Shown piece after piece: positions 37,123 to 47,520 of a DNA stretch of 64,000 nucleotides. The position numbers and the translations under genes are program-made. The notes beneath the pieces were generated by a model. That model saw nothing but the letters and a program-made list of their open reading frames with translations. It was not told the DNA's origin and made no database searches. The stretch lies in NCBI GenBank assembly GCA_030646035.1, contig JAUSMY010000056.1, forward strand, positions 5,481-69,480. The letters are read 5' to 3'. This DNA comes from Thermodesulfovibrionia bacterium. Lineage in GTDB: Bacteria; Nitrospirota; Thermodesulfovibrionia; UBA6902. Every line of letters begins with the position of its first letter. The stretch's first letter is position 1.

Positions 37123-37416
37123 ATGACTAAGAAGAGAAGAAAGGCAGTACCTGCAGCAAAGAGGCTCAGTAAATGTATTAGAGATATCTTCTGGAAGCTT
37201 GACCATGCAGAGATAGTGAATATCCGCCAGAATATTCCACGTAAATCATCGGAAACATTATTCCCGCTTAAGCTTATTCTTGATGGACTCGTGCGGGCGG
37301 ATTTGATTGAGACGGCATGTTATCTCAATAACCTGCCAAATAAAAACTCAGGGAAGGTTGTGGACTTCCGGCAGTGGGTAAGCACACATAAAAGAGAGTT
37401 AAGGAGGGCACAATGA
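37123..37416 (+). CDS. Hypothetical protein controlled by the antisense leader (probable true start of ORF 36874-37416)
   Basis: GAGGAGG SD then ATG at 37123 (MTKKRRKAV...GKVVDFRQW). Confidence 0.6.
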   Translation: MTKKRRKAVPAAKRLSKCIRDIFWKLDHAEIVNIRQNIPRKSSETLFPLKLILDGLVRADLIETACYLNNLPNKNSGKVVDFRQWVSTHKRELRRAQ

Positions 37417-37549
37417 AAAATTTAATGTTTCTTGAAAAAGCTATCTTGAAAGATGATTCAGAAAAACCATGAATGAAAGCGGCTGAAGGATAATATTTTA
37501 ATTTATACAGAATGTATGTCATGGACGATACCAGTTTAACTGTTTCATT

Positions 37550-37921
37550 ATGAGCAATAACATATCACAGATAATCAACCGGTTTGAAGGGTTACTTCAA
37601 GAGCTTCATGAGGTGGAAGACCCTCAGAACGCAGCAGACCGTCAGGTTGAGAAGCTTACCAAGACCGTCACTGATCCTCGCGTCCTTGCCTCTATGAAAT
37701 GGCTTACGATGAAAGAGGCGATCATATACAGCCGCAAGTCCAAAAACACCCTCCTAAAGTATATAATGAAAAATCTTATATACGGTGATCAGGTGGAGGG
37801 TGGCGACTGGATTGTTGACCGTGAGAGTATTGACAGGTTTTATAATACCCGTAATGCCGACCGGAATGCCCAAAAGCTGATCTATCTCCACCATGGCACC
37901 GACCAAAGGAGGACAGGATGA
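37550..37921 (+). CDS. Excisionase-like winged HTH protein
   Basis: WLTMKEAIIY.RKSKNTL.KYI....IYG....G.WIVDRESID; ATGA overlap with the integrase gene. Confidence 0.75.
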   Translation: MSNNISQIINRFEGLLQELHEVEDPQNAADRQVEKLTKTVTDPRVLASMKWLTMKEAIIYSRKSKNTLLKYIMKNLIYGDQVEGGDWIVDRESIDRFYNTRNADRNAQKLIYLHHGTDQRRTG

Positions 37922-39069
37922 ATCTTTTTAAGAGGGAAAACGGTGTATGGTATATCCGCAATTCCAGAGTAGAGCGAAGGCTGCTCGGGCTTCCCCAGGC
38001 GATATCTTTGAAGACAGAGGATGAATCATTAGCCAGGGCGAAGTTCCAGCAGCTGCAGGACCAGAGGAGAGACAGGCAGGTCAAAAGCATAGAGAAGGTC
38101 AATCAGATCAAACTCACGGAATACATTCCTGAGTATCTCGCCTCTCGTGAACTTCAGGGGATATCTCAGTCGACGATCAGTATTGACGCTAACGCCCTTA
38201 AGAAGTTCAAAGAAACTATCGGTGATATGACGCTCAGGGCGATTAAGAGAGAACAGGTCGATCGCTTCAAACTCATTTCATTAAGGATAAATTATTCAAA
38301 GACCTATATTAATATCATGCTCCGCAGCCTGAGCGCTGCATTCACGCATGCGCTCACATTGGAGAAGCCTTATATCTCAGTAAACCCATTTTCAAAGAGA
38401 GACAGAAATGACAAGGTCCTTTTTAAGATGGATGAAGAGATTCCACGTTACCTGCAACCTGCGGAGTTGGACAGGCTCTTTGAAGCGCTTGATAAGGAAA
38501 TAGTGCTCTTCAGCGACAAAGACGGATTCTGGCATATTAAGACCGGCCTTAAGCAAAAGCCTCTGCTTACAAGAGACCTGCAGAAGGCTGAGGCAACACT
38601 TGCAGAGGACAAAAGACGCCGTAAGGATCTGGTAGCAGCCGTCTATATTTATCTGTATACAGGTATGAGGCGCTCTGAGCTGATCAAGCTCAACCGGCAG
38701 GATGTAGACCTTGTGCACGGTCTTATTTATGTCAGGCAGACAAAAGGAAACAGAGATAGAGCTATTCCCATATGCGACAAGGTGAGGCCTTACCTTGAGC
38801 GCATTCACCCTGGCATAGGCCCGCTCTTCCCGAACTGGAGCTCACCGAATACACTCTCAAGGCTTTTTAGAAACATCGCATTGCAGGCGGGCGTTAAAGC
38901 CACACTTCACAGTCTTAGACACACATTCGCAAGTTATCTGGTCATGAAAGGGGAGGGTATTAAGAGTATAAAAGACCTGCTCGGACACCGGAACCTGAGG
39001 ACCACGGAGATCTACGCAAAACTCGACTCCGCGGCATTGTTGAAGACTGTTAATAAGCTGGATTTTTAG
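37918..39069 (+). CDS. int: Tyrosine integrase
   Basis: YTGMRRSEL, TKG, LHSLRHTFAS, LLGH...TTEIY: complete R-K-H-R-H-Y set. Confidence 0.95.
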   Translation: MNLFKRENGVWYIRNSRVERRLLGLPQAISLKTEDESLARAKFQQLQDQRRDRQVKSIEKVNQIKLTEYIPEYLASRELQGISQSTISIDANALKKFKETIGDMTLRAIKREQVDRFKLISLRINYSKTYINIMLRSLSAAFTHALTLEKPYISVNPFSKRDRNDKVLFKMDEEIPRYLQPAELDRLFEALDKEIVLFSDKDGFWHIKTGLKQKPLLTRDLQKAEATLAEDKRRRKDLVAAVYIYLYTGMRRSELIKLNRQDVDLVHGLIYVRQTKGNRDRAIPICDKVRPYLERIHPGIGPLFPNWSSPNTLSRLFRNIALQAGVKATLHSLRHTFASYLVMKGEGIKSIKDLLGHRNLRTTEIYAKLDSAALLKTVNKLDF

Positions 39070-39074
39070 GAGAA

Positions 39075-39114
39075 TGAATACAAGCTGTATACAACGAGTT
39101 CTAACCGCTTGATT
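39075..39114. promoter_or_regulatory. att arm region: putative integrase arm-type direct repeats and an IHF site
   Basis: TGAATACAA (39075) and TGTATACAA (39086); minus-strand AATCAAGCGGTTA (39102-39114) fits WATCAANNNNTTR. Confidence 0.55.
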
Positions 39115-39133
39115 TTATTAGTCGAGTCCTTCC

Positions 39134-39173
39134 CGTGAGAGGCCAGCGTCCTAGGCCACTAGACGATGGGACC
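39134..39173 (-). pseudogene. 5' half of tRNA-Glu(CTC), broken just after the anticodon loop (prophage att junction)
   Basis: GGTCCCATCGTCTAGTGGCCTAGGACGCTGGC-CTCTCAC-G, then GGAAGGACTCGAC instead of CCAG; no T-arm or acceptor 3' strand. Confidence 0.85.
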
Positions 39174-39202
39174 ATAAAAACTTAACTATTAACTTGATAT
39201 TT

Positions 39203-39276
39203 TGGCTGGGGAGAGAGGACTTGAACCCCTACAAGCAGATCCAGAATCTGCGGTGCTGCCATTACACTACTCCCCA
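39203..39276 (-). tRNA. tRNA-Gln(CTG)
   Basis: TGGGGAGTAGTGTAATGGCAGCACC-GCAGA-TTCTGGA-TCTGC-TTGTAGGGGTTCAAGTCCTCTCTCCCCAGCCA; full cloverleaf with CCA. Confidence 0.95.
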
Positions 39277-39359
39277 AAGCCAAGATATTTTATATTATGA
39301 ATATCAGTTAATACAAGTTTTTAGGTATACTAATAAAATATAAGGGAGGTCTTGATTAT

Positions 39360-40295
39360 ATGAAAAGAATTCTTATTACAGGCGGGGCTGGTTTCATCGG
39401 CTCGCATCTCTGCGAAAGACTGCTGAATGACGGCCATGAGGTTCTGTGCGTTGATAACTTCTACACCGGCCGCAGATCCAATATAGCTCATCTAGTGCCT
39501 AATCCATATTTTGAGATCATGAGGCATGATATCTGTTTTCCTCTGTATGTTGAGGTCGATGAGATCTACAACCTTGCATGCCCTGCTTCTCCTATACATT
39601 ACCAGTTTGACCCTGTGCAGACTACAAAGACATCTGTTCACGGTGCGATAAATATTCTCGGCCTTGCAAAGAGGGTCAAGGCAAAGACCTTTCAGGCATC
39701 AACCTCTGAGGTATACGGCGATCCAACCGAACATCCGCAAACAGAAGCCTATTGGGGGAATGTAAATCCTATAGGCATACGTTCCTGTTATGATGAGGGC
39801 AAGCGCTGTGCAGAGACCCTCTTTTTTGACTACCACAGGCAGCATGGGCTTAAGATAAAAGTTGCAAGGATATTTAATACATACGGCCCTAATATGCATC
39901 CTCAGGACGGCAGGGTTGTCAGCAACTTCATCATGCAGGCATTAAGGGATGAAGATATTACTGTCTATGGAAAAGGGCAGCAGACAAGGAGCTTCTGTTA
40001 TGTTGATGACCTCGTGGAAGGTTTTGTCAGATTAATGGATTCGCCTGATAAGCTGACCGGCCCTGTGAATCTCGGCAACCCTGATGAGTTCAGCATAATA
40101 GAACTCGCCCGCATTGTAATAAAACTTACCGGCTCAAAGTCAAAGATAGTATTCAAGCCTCTGCCGCAAGACGACCCGACACAGAGACAGCCTGATATAT
40201 CTCTGGCAATGAAAGAACTTCAATGGAAGCCGAAGGTAAAGCTGGAAAAAGGATTGATCAAGACTATCAAGTACTTTAAACAGTTTGTTCCCTGA
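39360..40295 (+). CDS. UDP-glucuronic acid decarboxylase family (NAD-dependent epimerase/dehydratase)
   Basis: [50 protein letters not shown]. Confidence 0.93.
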   Translation: MKRILITGGAGFIGSHLCERLLNDGHEVLCVDNFYTGRRSNIAHLVPNPYFEIMRHDICFPLYVEVDEIYNLACPASPIHYQFDPVQTTKTSVHGAINILGLAKRVKAKTFQASTSEVYGDPTEHPQTEAYWGNVNPIGIRSCYDEGKRCAETLFFDYHRQHGLKIKVARIFNTYGPNMHPQDGRVVSNFIMQALRDEDITVYGKGQQTRSFCYVDDLVEGFVRLMDSPDKLTGPVNLGNPDEFSIIELARIVIKLTGSKSKIVFKPLPQDDPTQRQPDISLAMKELQWKPKVKLEKGLIKTIKYFKQFVP

Positions 40296-40310
40296 TACCT
40301 GTCTCAGCAT

Positions 40311-40952
40311 CTAATGTGAAGGGTTAATAAGGACGCTCTCTTTTCTATCGGTCTTTATCGAGACCTTTCGGCCTTCTACTTTGACCTTGCCGTCTGCATA
40401 GAGCTTGATTGCAAGCGGAAATATTATGTGCTCCTGTTTCAGAATCCTTTCAGATAGTGAATCTTCGGTATCATCTTCATATGCAGGTACAGCAGCCTGA
40501 ATGACTATAGGCCCGGTGTCAACTCCCTCATCAACAAAATGGACAGTGCAGCCTGATAGTTTTACGCCGTAATCAACCGCCTGTTTCTGGCTGTGAAGGC
40601 CGGGAAATGAAGGGAGCAGGGCAGGGTGGATGTTGATTATCTTATTTTTGTACCTGTCGATTAACGGTTTACCGACAACTCGCATGAAACCTGCAAGTAT
40701 TACAAGCCCCACGCCTCTTTTTTTGAGTTCGTCAGCGACGTGAGTATAAAAAGCATCTTTGTCTGAATATTTCTTCGGAAGGATAACGATTGATTCGATG
40801 TCATGCTTCTTTGCCCTCTCGATAGCATAGGCTTTAGGCTGGTCGGTTATCAGCACAGCTATCTTTGCATTGATAAAGCCGGACTCTATATTGTCTATAA
40901 TAGACTGAAAGTTGGAACCTCTGCCTGAAGCAAGAACTCCGATTGTTAGCAT
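40311..40952 (-). CDS. purN: Phosphoribosylglycinamide formyltransferase
   Basis: SGRGSNF, LAGFMR, NIHPALLP.FPG, GCTVHFVDEGVDTGP. Confidence 0.96.
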   Translation of the reverse strand: MLTIGVLASGRGSNFQSIIDNIESGFINAKIAVLITDQPKAYAIERAKKHDIESIVILPKKYSDKDAFYTHVADELKKRGVGLVILAGFMRVVGKPLIDRYKNKIINIHPALLPSFPGLHSQKQAVDYGVKLSGCTVHFVDEGVDTGPIVIQAAVPAYEDDTEDSLSERILKQEHIIFPLAIKLYADGKVKVEGRKVSIKTDRKESVLINPSH

Positions 40953-40953
40953 A

Positions 40954-41988
40954 TTAAATGTATTTCACTCCGCCTCTTCCTTTTGCTATTTCACCTATGA
41001 TATAAGCCTCTTCGCCAAGCGATTTCAGTCTCCTCATAACCTTGCAGGAATCACTTTTATCTATGACAAGCATGAAGCCGATTCCCATATTGAATGTCTT
41101 GTACATCTCATCTTCAGTGACCTTGCCTTCTCTTTGAATTAGATCATAGATCGCGTGCACAGGCCAGCTTCCTTTTTTTATGACCGCTTTCAGCACCTTT
41201 TTAGGCGGGAATATCCTCGGCAGGTTCTCGGTAATGCCGCCGCCTGTGATATGAGCCATTCCTTTCACATCAAAAGTATTGATGATTTTCAGGATGCTCT
41301 TAACATATATCTTTGTAGGTGTAAGCAGTTCTTCGCCAACAGGACGGCTGAGTTCCTTAATCTTTTTTTTCGGGCTGTATTTTTTGATACCAAAAAATAG
41401 CTTTCTCGCCAGCGAATAGCCGTTGCTGTGAAGCCCGCTTGATGAGAGCCCTATAATAATGTCGCCGTCTTTGATCTTTGAACCGTTAATGATCTTCTTT
41501 CTGTCAACCACTCCCACCGAGAAGCCGGCGAGGTCGTATTCACCGGGACTATAAAACCCGGGCATCTCAGCGGTCTCCCCGCCGACAAGGGCGCAGTCCG
41601 CCATTCTGCATCCTGCGGCAATGCCTTTGATCACATCAGCGGCCTTCTCTGTAGAAAGCTTCCCAGTTGCGAAGTAATCGAGAAAGAATAGGGGGCGTGC
41701 GCCGTTTGTGAGGATATCGTTGACGCACATTGCGACAAGGTCTATCCCTACTGTATCGTGCTTGTTAAGGTCAAATGCGATCTTGAGTTTTGTCCCGACT
41801 CCGTCAGTGCTGCTGACGAGCACAGGATCTTTGACCTTTGTACTTTTCATGCTGTAAAGAGCGCCGAACGAACCGATACTGCCCATGACGCCTGCGTTAA
41901 AGGTTGCGCGGGCAAGCGGCTTTATTATCTCTACCAGGCTGCTGCCTTTGTCTATGTCTACTCCGGATTTTTTATATGTAAGAGCCAT
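40954..41988 (-). CDS. purM: Phosphoribosylformylglycinamidine cyclo-ligase
   Basis: TDGVGTK, IDLVAMCVND, GGETAEMPG, SSGLHSNGYSL, AHITGGG, TFNMG.G. Confidence 0.97.
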   Translation of the reverse strand: MALTYKKSGVDIDKGSSLVEIIKPLARATFNAGVMGSIGSFGALYSMKSTKVKDPVLVSSTDGVGTKLKIAFDLNKHDTVGIDLVAMCVNDILTNGARPLFFLDYFATGKLSTEKAADVIKGIAAGCRMADCALVGGETAEMPGFYSPGEYDLAGFSVGVVDRKKIINGSKIKDGDIIIGLSSSGLHSNGYSLARKLFFGIKKYSPKKKIKELSRPVGEELLTPTKIYVKSILKIINTFDVKGMAHITGGGITENLPRIFPPKKVLKAVIKKGSWPVHAIYDLIQREGKVTEDEMYKTFNMGIGFMLVIDKSDSCKVMRRLKSLGEEAYIIGEIAKGRGGVKYI

Positions 41989-42052
41989 TGATGTCCTTTC
42001 TGTTTTTTTAAATTATGGATACTCATTATACAAGATTAAATAACATTTGCCG

Positions 42053-42760
42053 CTACGCCTTTTCTATCTTCTTGAGGCTTTCTTTCGCAGCCATCTGCTC
42101 TGCCGCCTTCTTTGTCCTGCCGTGGCCTGTGCCATAGTTCTCATTATTTATCTGAACAGAGACCTCAAACAGCTTGTCATGTTCCGGGCCTTGCTCGCTT
42201 TTTACCTGATATTCCGGCAGAACGCCGAATCTCGACTGTGTTAATTCCTGAAGGCTTGTTTTGAAATCCATCACAAGGCTGTTGTCAACAAGTTCCAGTA
42301 TTTTCGGCTCAAGAGACGATAGGATAAACTCTCTTGCCTTCTTCATTCCGCTGTCAAGAAAAATCGCTGCGATAACAGCTTCAAAGGCATTGGCAAGAAG
42401 GGAAGGTTTGTTTCTTCCGCCTGACATCTCCTCCCCCTTGCCGATCAATAGATGTCTGCCGATATCAAGTCTCTCAGCAGCCTCTGCAAGAGTTGCCTCC
42501 TGCACTAAATAGGATCTTAGTTTGGAAAGCTTTGCCTCGGAATAATCCCTGAAATGATTGAAGAGATGCTCGCTGATAACCAATCCAAGCACGGAATCTC
42601 CCAGAAACTCAAAGCGCTCATTAAAAGGGTGGTGCTTTTCCTGATTCTCATGAGAATAAGACTTGTGAGTAAGAGCTTCCCTTGCCAGAGATTTCTTCTT
42701 GAAGGTGTAATTTATTGAGAGTTCAAAACTGGCTATATCTTTTAATGACGATGCTGGCAT
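42053..42760 (-). CDS. rnc: Ribonuclease III
   Basis: [18 protein letters not shown], dsRBD (DFKTSLQE...GPEHDK.F...KK.AEQ.AA); start uncertain, overlaps fabF 3' end. Confidence 0.95.
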   Translation of the reverse strand: MPASSLKDIASFELSINYTFKKKSLAREALTHKSYSHENQEKHHPFNERFEFLGDSVLGLVISEHLFNHFRDYSEAKLSKLRSYLVQEATLAEAAERLDIGRHLLIGKGEEMSGGRNKPSLLANAFEAVIAAIFLDSGMKKAREFILSSLEPKILELVDNSLVMDFKTSLQELTQSRFGVLPEYQVKSEQGPEHDKLFEVSVQINNENYGTGHGRTKKAAEQMAAKESLKKIEKA

Positions 42761-43970
42761 TTGTCCCGCCGAATCCAAAAGAGTTGGAGATCGCTGATCT
42801 TATATCGAGCTTCCTCGACTTGTTAGGCACATAGTCGAGATCACATTCCGGATCAGGGTTATCAAGGTTCATAGTTGGAGGCACTATTTTGTTAAATATG
42901 CTGAGCGCGCATACAACAGCTTCAACGCCGCCTGCGGCCCCAAGAAGATGTCCGGTCATAGACTTTGTTGAACTTACGCATAACTTATAGGCGTGTTCCC
43001 CGAAGACATTTTTTATAGCTGTGGTCTCAAGCTCGTCACCGTATCTTGTTGAGGTTCCATGGGCGTTTATATAGTCAACATCTTCGGGTTTTATACCTGC
43101 ATCATTAATAGCGGCCTTCATGCATCTTGCGGCCCCTTCACCCTCAGGCGCGGGGCTTGATAAGTGGTAAGCGTCAGAGGTCATGCCGTATCCTGTTATC
43201 TCAGCGTATATCTTTGCGCCTCTCTTCAATGCGTGTTCAAGCTCCTCAAGTATCATGATTCCTGACCCTTCGCCCATGACAAAACCGTCCCTGTCCTTAT
43301 CAAAAGGCCGGCTCGCCTTCTCTGGTTCTTCATTTCTCGTTGAAAGCGCTTTCATTGCGGAAAAGCCTGCTATCGCCAGCGGGCTTATAGTGGCTTCGGT
43401 GCCTCCTGCGATCATAACATCAGCAATATTGTTCTGGATCAATTTGAACGAGTCACCTATTGAATGAGTGCCGCTTGCGCAGGCAGTGACAACTGCGGAA
43501 TTAGGACCCTTGGCCCCGAATCTGATGGATATCTGTCCCGCGGCAAGGTTTATGATCGTCATGGGGATAAAAAAAGGAGTGATCCTCTTCGGGCCTTTTT
43601 CATTGAGTATCTTGGCGTACCGCTCAATCGCAGGCAAGCCGCCCATACCCGCACCGACTATGACACCGACTCTTTCAGCCATATCATCAGTGATAATAAG
43701 TCCGGAATCCTCCATAGCCATGCTTGAAGCAGCCAGAGCGAAGTGGATGAACCGATCCATCTTCTTCTGCTCTTTGACATCGATATAGTCGTCTATAACA
43801 AAGTCTTTTACTTCAGCCGCTATCTGGCACGGGTAACCGTCAGGATCGAAGTGAGTTATCCTGGCGACTCCCGAACGGCCTTGTATCAGCCCGTTCCATG
43901 ACTTTTCTGTGCCTGTTCCCAAGGGGGAGACCATGCCAACCCCTGTTATAACTACCCTTCTATGCGTCAT
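42723..43970 (-). CDS. fabF: 3-oxoacyl-ACP synthase II
   Basis: [43 protein letters not shown]. Confidence 0.97.
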   Translation of the reverse strand: MTHRRVVITGVGMVSPLGTGTEKSWNGLIQGRSGVARITHFDPDGYPCQIAAEVKDFVIDDYIDVKEQKKMDRFIHFALAASSMAMEDSGLIITDDMAERVGVIVGAGMGGLPAIERYAKILNEKGPKRITPFFIPMTIINLAAGQISIRFGAKGPNSAVVTACASGTHSIGDSFKLIQNNIADVMIAGGTEATISPLAIAGFSAMKALSTRNEEPEKASRPFDKDRDGFVMGEGSGIMILEELEHALKRGAKIYAEITGYGMTSDAYHLSSPAPEGEGAARCMKAAINDAGIKPEDVDYINAHGTSTRYGDELETTAIKNVFGEHAYKLCVSSTKSMTGHLLGAAGGVEAVVCALSIFNKIVPPTMNLDNPDPECDLDYVPNKSRKLDIRSAISNSFGFGGTNASIVIKRYSQF

Positions 43971-43984
43971 AAGAGGGAGTGGGG

Positions 43985-44218
43985 TTATTCTGACTTCTCG
44001 TTAATGTATTTTATGGCGTCCTGAACCTTTATTATCTTCTCTGCATCTTCGTCCGGGATCTCTATATTGAAAGCTTCTTCAAGTGCCATTACGAGTTCAA
44101 CCGTATCGAGCGAATCAGCCCCCAGATCATCGACAAAAGATGATTCAGGCGTTACCTTCTCTGCGTCTACACCAAGCTGTTTTGAGATTATCTCTTTGAC
44201 TTTTTCTTCAACTGACAT
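43985..44218 (-). CDS. acpP: Acyl carrier protein
   Basis: [30 protein letters not shown]. Confidence 0.97.
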   Translation of the reverse strand: MSVEEKVKEIISKQLGVDAEKVTPESSFVDDLGADSLDTVELVMALEEAFNIEIPDEDAEKIIKVQDAIKYINEKSE

Positions 44219-44315
44219 GTCTAACCCTCCGTTTTAATTTTATTCAGAATAATAAGCGGTTTTTTTTGAGAAATAATTATACATCTTTAGAATGATTTTT
44301 TCATGTAATTCTTTA

Positions 44316-45056
44316 CTACATATACATTCCGCCATTTACATGGATCACCTGTCCTGTAAGATAATCAGACTCATTTGAGGCGAGGAATATGGATGCATTT
44401 GCAACATCTTCAGGAGTGCCGAACTCTCTGAGCGGGATCGCGTTCTTCATATCTTCCTTTACTTTTTCAGGCAGGGCTTCGGTCATGGCAGTTTTAATGA
44501 AGCCCGGGGCTATGGCGTTTACCCTTATTCCGCGGCCAGCATACTCTTTTGCGATCGTCTTTGTAATCCCTATAACGCCGGCCTTTGACGCGCTGTAGTT
44601 AATCTGTCCGGGATTCCCTATAAATGCAACGACGGATGAGATGTTGATTATCTTTCCTGACCGCTGTTTTGACATTATCTTTATCGCCTCTTTAGAGCAG
44701 AGAAAGGTTCCTTTCAGGTTGATATTTATCACCGCGTCCCAATCGTCTTCCTTCATTCTCAAAGCCAGTGAATCCCTTGTGATGCCGGCATTATTTACAA
44801 GGATATCAATGCTGCCGAACTCATTGATAAATGTCTCAAAGGCGTTTGTTACGCTTTCCTGGCTGGAGACATCAAGTTTTGTGCTAATGCACCTGACACC
44901 CGACTTGTTTATCTCCGCAATAAGATCCCCTGTGTTATCTACTTTAATGTCAGCTATGCATATATTAGCTCCTTCTTTTGCCATCGCAAGCGCAATAGCC
45001 ATCCCGATGCCCTGGGCAGAGCCTGTAATAAGCGCGTTTTTACCTTTGAGTCTCAT
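44316..45056 (-). CDS. fabG: 3-oxoacyl-ACP reductase
   Basis: TGSAQGIG, NNAGITRD, NYSASK, TGQVIHVNGGMYM; GGAGG SD before MRLKG. Confidence 0.95.
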   Translation of the reverse strand: MRLKGKNALITGSAQGIGMAIALAMAKEGANICIADIKVDNTGDLIAEINKSGVRCISTKLDVSSQESVTNAFETFINEFGSIDILVNNAGITRDSLALRMKEDDWDAVININLKGTFLCSKEAIKIMSKQRSGKIINISSVVAFIGNPGQINYSASKAGVIGITKTIAKEYAGRGIRVNAIAPGFIKTAMTEALPEKVKEDMKNAIPLREFGTPEDVANASIFLASNESDYLTGQVIHVNGGMYM

Positions 45057-45218
45057 TGTCCCTCCGTATTCCATAAATAAAGTTCAAGTATTATATAAAT
45101 TCGTTTTTAATTAGGCAACCGGCATATGAAATGGGTTAAGTTTTTCTATGCAGTATGGAATTAAGATGCAACCGTTTATTTAGTTGTAATTATTATATAT
45201 TCTTGTATAATTCATATT

Positions 45219-45875
45219 ATGAATATAAGAGGCCCAATCAAAATATTTCTGTTAACTCTCATTGCTGTTATGCTCTTCCCGGCATTTGTAATCGCGGAAT
45301 ATTCAGATAAGCCTGATGCCGGGACCTTTTTTAAGCTTGGGCTGAATCTGGCTGAAAAGATGCAATACTCTGAGGCAATCGATAATTTCCAGCAAGCTGC
45401 TAAACTTAAGCCTGAATATGCTGAAGCATATTTTCATATGGGCAATGCCTATTACAAGATACATAGATATACCGATGCAATGGACGCATATAAAATGGCG
45501 GTTAAGATATCACCGAATTATGAAGAGGCGTATATTTCTCTCGGAGTCGTCTCATCAATGCTGCGTAAATATGACCAGGCTATAGATGCGCTTAAGAAGG
45601 CGGTAAAGGTTAACTCACAGAGTTCAGCCGCATACTATAATCTCGGCAATATATACATGGATATTGATGAAACATCAAAGGCTGTTGAGGCTTATAAGGA
45701 GGCGGTCAGGATCAACCCGGATTTTGCATCTGCCCGTTATAATCTTGGAGTGGCTTATCTTGAGCTTAAACAAGATTCCTTAAATCCTGCAATTGAGCAA
45801 TATAAGGCATTGCTGAACCTTGATAAAAAACTTGCGAAGGATTTGGACGAACTGATCAATAAGGCCAAAGAGTAA
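45219..45875 (+). CDS. Exported TPR-repeat protein
   Basis: Signal peptide; repeated A..NLG..Y......A...Y..A..I.P units. Confidence 0.85.
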   Translation: MNIRGPIKIFLLTLIAVMLFPAFVIAEYSDKPDAGTFFKLGLNLAEKMQYSEAIDNFQQAAKLKPEYAEAYFHMGNAYYKIHRYTDAMDAYKMAVKISPNYEEAYISLGVVSSMLRKYDQAIDALKKAVKVNSQSSAAYYNLGNIYMDIDETSKAVEAYKEAVRINPDFASARYNLGVAYLELKQDSLNPAIEQYKALLNLDKKLAKDLDELINKAKE

Positions 45876-45993
45876 TCTGCCGCTCTTGCTGCGTCTTTTC
45901 TTTCATTTGAATAATTTCCCCTTGTTTGTATAAGCCCGTAAAAATCCATTATTAAGAGTTTTAAAAAAAAGATATATAGTATTATAATTATCA

Positions 45994-47505
45994 ATGTTTA
46001 ACCTTAACAGCCTTAAATTTAAGATTGCCATCATCACCTTCCTCCTGATTTCCATTATTATGATTGTAACTACCCGGAGGGATATTAATCTGACCGAAGA
46101 GAAGCTTCTTAGGGCACAGAAGGAGAAGACTGTCCTGCTTTCTGACAGGATAGCCCACGGCATAATGGTTCTTATGTTGAAGAGCAGGTGGAAAGATCTC
46201 CAGACAATGATGGAAAGCCTTGTCAAGGACAGTGAAGAACTGAAAGAGATCCGGATATTTCTTCCTGATGACGGCACCATAGTTGTCTCATCAGATCCCG
46301 CTGACATTGGGAAAAAGATATATGATGAAGACCTGGCAAAGTACCGTGAGGGAAATCATTTCGAGCCCTTCATGATCAAGAAGAATGATATGATCTATGC
46401 ATCCAAGCTGACAATGATAAAAAATAGTTCCGCGTGCCACAAATGTCATGGGGCTGAAAAAGATGTGCTCGGTGTCATGGATGTTGAGTTATCCCTCGCA
46501 AAGGTTCATTCAGATCTTCAAGATTTTGAAAAGGAACATTATTTAGATGCCTTTATTGGCTTTTCACTCATAATGGGAACCTTTTTATTTGTAATAGCCA
46601 TCCTGATAGACAGGCCTTTTAATCGTATGGTGCGTACTATAAAGAAGATAGAGAAGGGCGACCTTTCCGCCAGAATGGATATAAAGAGCAAAGATGAGAT
46701 CGGGCTTCTGGCAAAGAGTTTTGATAATATGGTAGAGGCGCTTGAATCTGCAAAAAATGAGCTTGAACTGACGCATGAGCAGCAGATGGAGAGGGCTGCC
46801 AAACTTGCAACTATCGGGGAGGTAGTTGCAGGAATCGCTCATGAGATAAAGAATCCCTTAACAGGCATCAGCTGTGCGGTGCAGCTTCTGCAGGCTGACC
46901 TGAGTGAGGACAGCAGCCAGAAGGTCATAACAGACAAAATATTAAATCAGGTCAAGAGGCTTGACAGGACAGTAAAGGACCTGCTGAGCTATGCAAAGCC
47001 TAAGGCCGCCCACTTTCTGCCGTTTAATATTAATGAAGTTATTGACAGGGCGGTCTTTCTTATTTATCCTGAAGCTAAAAGCCTTAATGTGAAGATCAAT
47101 ACTCAGATAGAAGAAGAATTGCCTGATATTGTAATGGACCCTGACCAGATGCAGCAGGTTGCGCTGAACCTGATGATCAATTCACTCCAGGCAATGCCTG
47201 AAGGCGGGGAACTCACGATAAAGGCATATAAAACGAATTATAAAGAGCTTGACGATTCTTTAAAGAAGGAGTTAAGCAGGGGCGAAAAACTGATCCTCAG
47301 CTTTGAGGATACAGGGAAAGGCATATCCTCTGAAGATATGGAATATATTTTTGAGCCGTTCTTCACCAGAAAAACAAAGGGTTCCGGCCTTGGCCTGTCC
47401 ATTACCCGAAAGATCATTCGTGAGCACGGCGGGGTGCTCAATTGTGAGAGTGAACTTGGCAAGGGTTCTCTCTTTACGATATACTTGCCGATAACGAAGC
47501 AATAG
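45994..47505 (+). CDS. Sensor histidine kinase with a periplasmic CxxCH heme motif and HAMP domain
   Basis: Two TM helices, CHKCH in the sensor loop, DEIGLL HAMP, AHEIKNPL H-box, DTGKGI and GSGLGL. Confidence 0.92.
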   Translation: MFNLNSLKFKIAIITFLLISIIMIVTTRRDINLTEEKLLRAQKEKTVLLSDRIAHGIMVLMLKSRWKDLQTMMESLVKDSEELKEIRIFLPDDGTIVVSSDPADIGKKIYDEDLAKYREGNHFEPFMIKKNDMIYASKLTMIKNSSACHKCHGAEKDVLGVMDVELSLAKVHSDLQDFEKEHYLDAFIGFSLIMGTFLFVIAILIDRPFNRMVRTIKKIEKGDLSARMDIKSKDEIGLLAKSFDNMVEALESAKNELELTHEQQMERAAKLATIGEVVAGIAHEIKNPLTGISCAVQLLQADLSEDSSQKVITDKILNQVKRLDRTVKDLLSYAKPKAAHFLPFNINEVIDRAVFLIYPEAKSLNVKINTQIEEELPDIVMDPDQMQQVALNLMINSLQAMPEGGELTIKAYKTNYKELDDSLKKELSRGEKLILSFEDTGKGISSEDMEYIFEPFFTRKTKGSGLGLSITRKIIREHGGVLNCESELGKGSLFTIYLPITKQ

Positions 47506-47520
47506 GAGGGTATTGGTAAT

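Larger units (their letters stand above)
7874..39141. mobile_element. Siphovirus-like prophage; right end at a split tRNA-Glu, left end not identified (may extend through the Hxs block beyond the window)
   Basis: Contiguous terminase, portal, lysis, capsid, neck, tail tube, chaperones, tape measure, tail tip, repressor, xis and tyrosine integrase; no sheath gene seen. Confidence 0.92.

Noticed and set aside
40912-45114. Short plus-strand ORFs over purM, rnc, fabF and fabG, and similar short overlapping ORFs elsewhere
   Set aside because: Shadow frames of well-supported genes with no motifs of their own.
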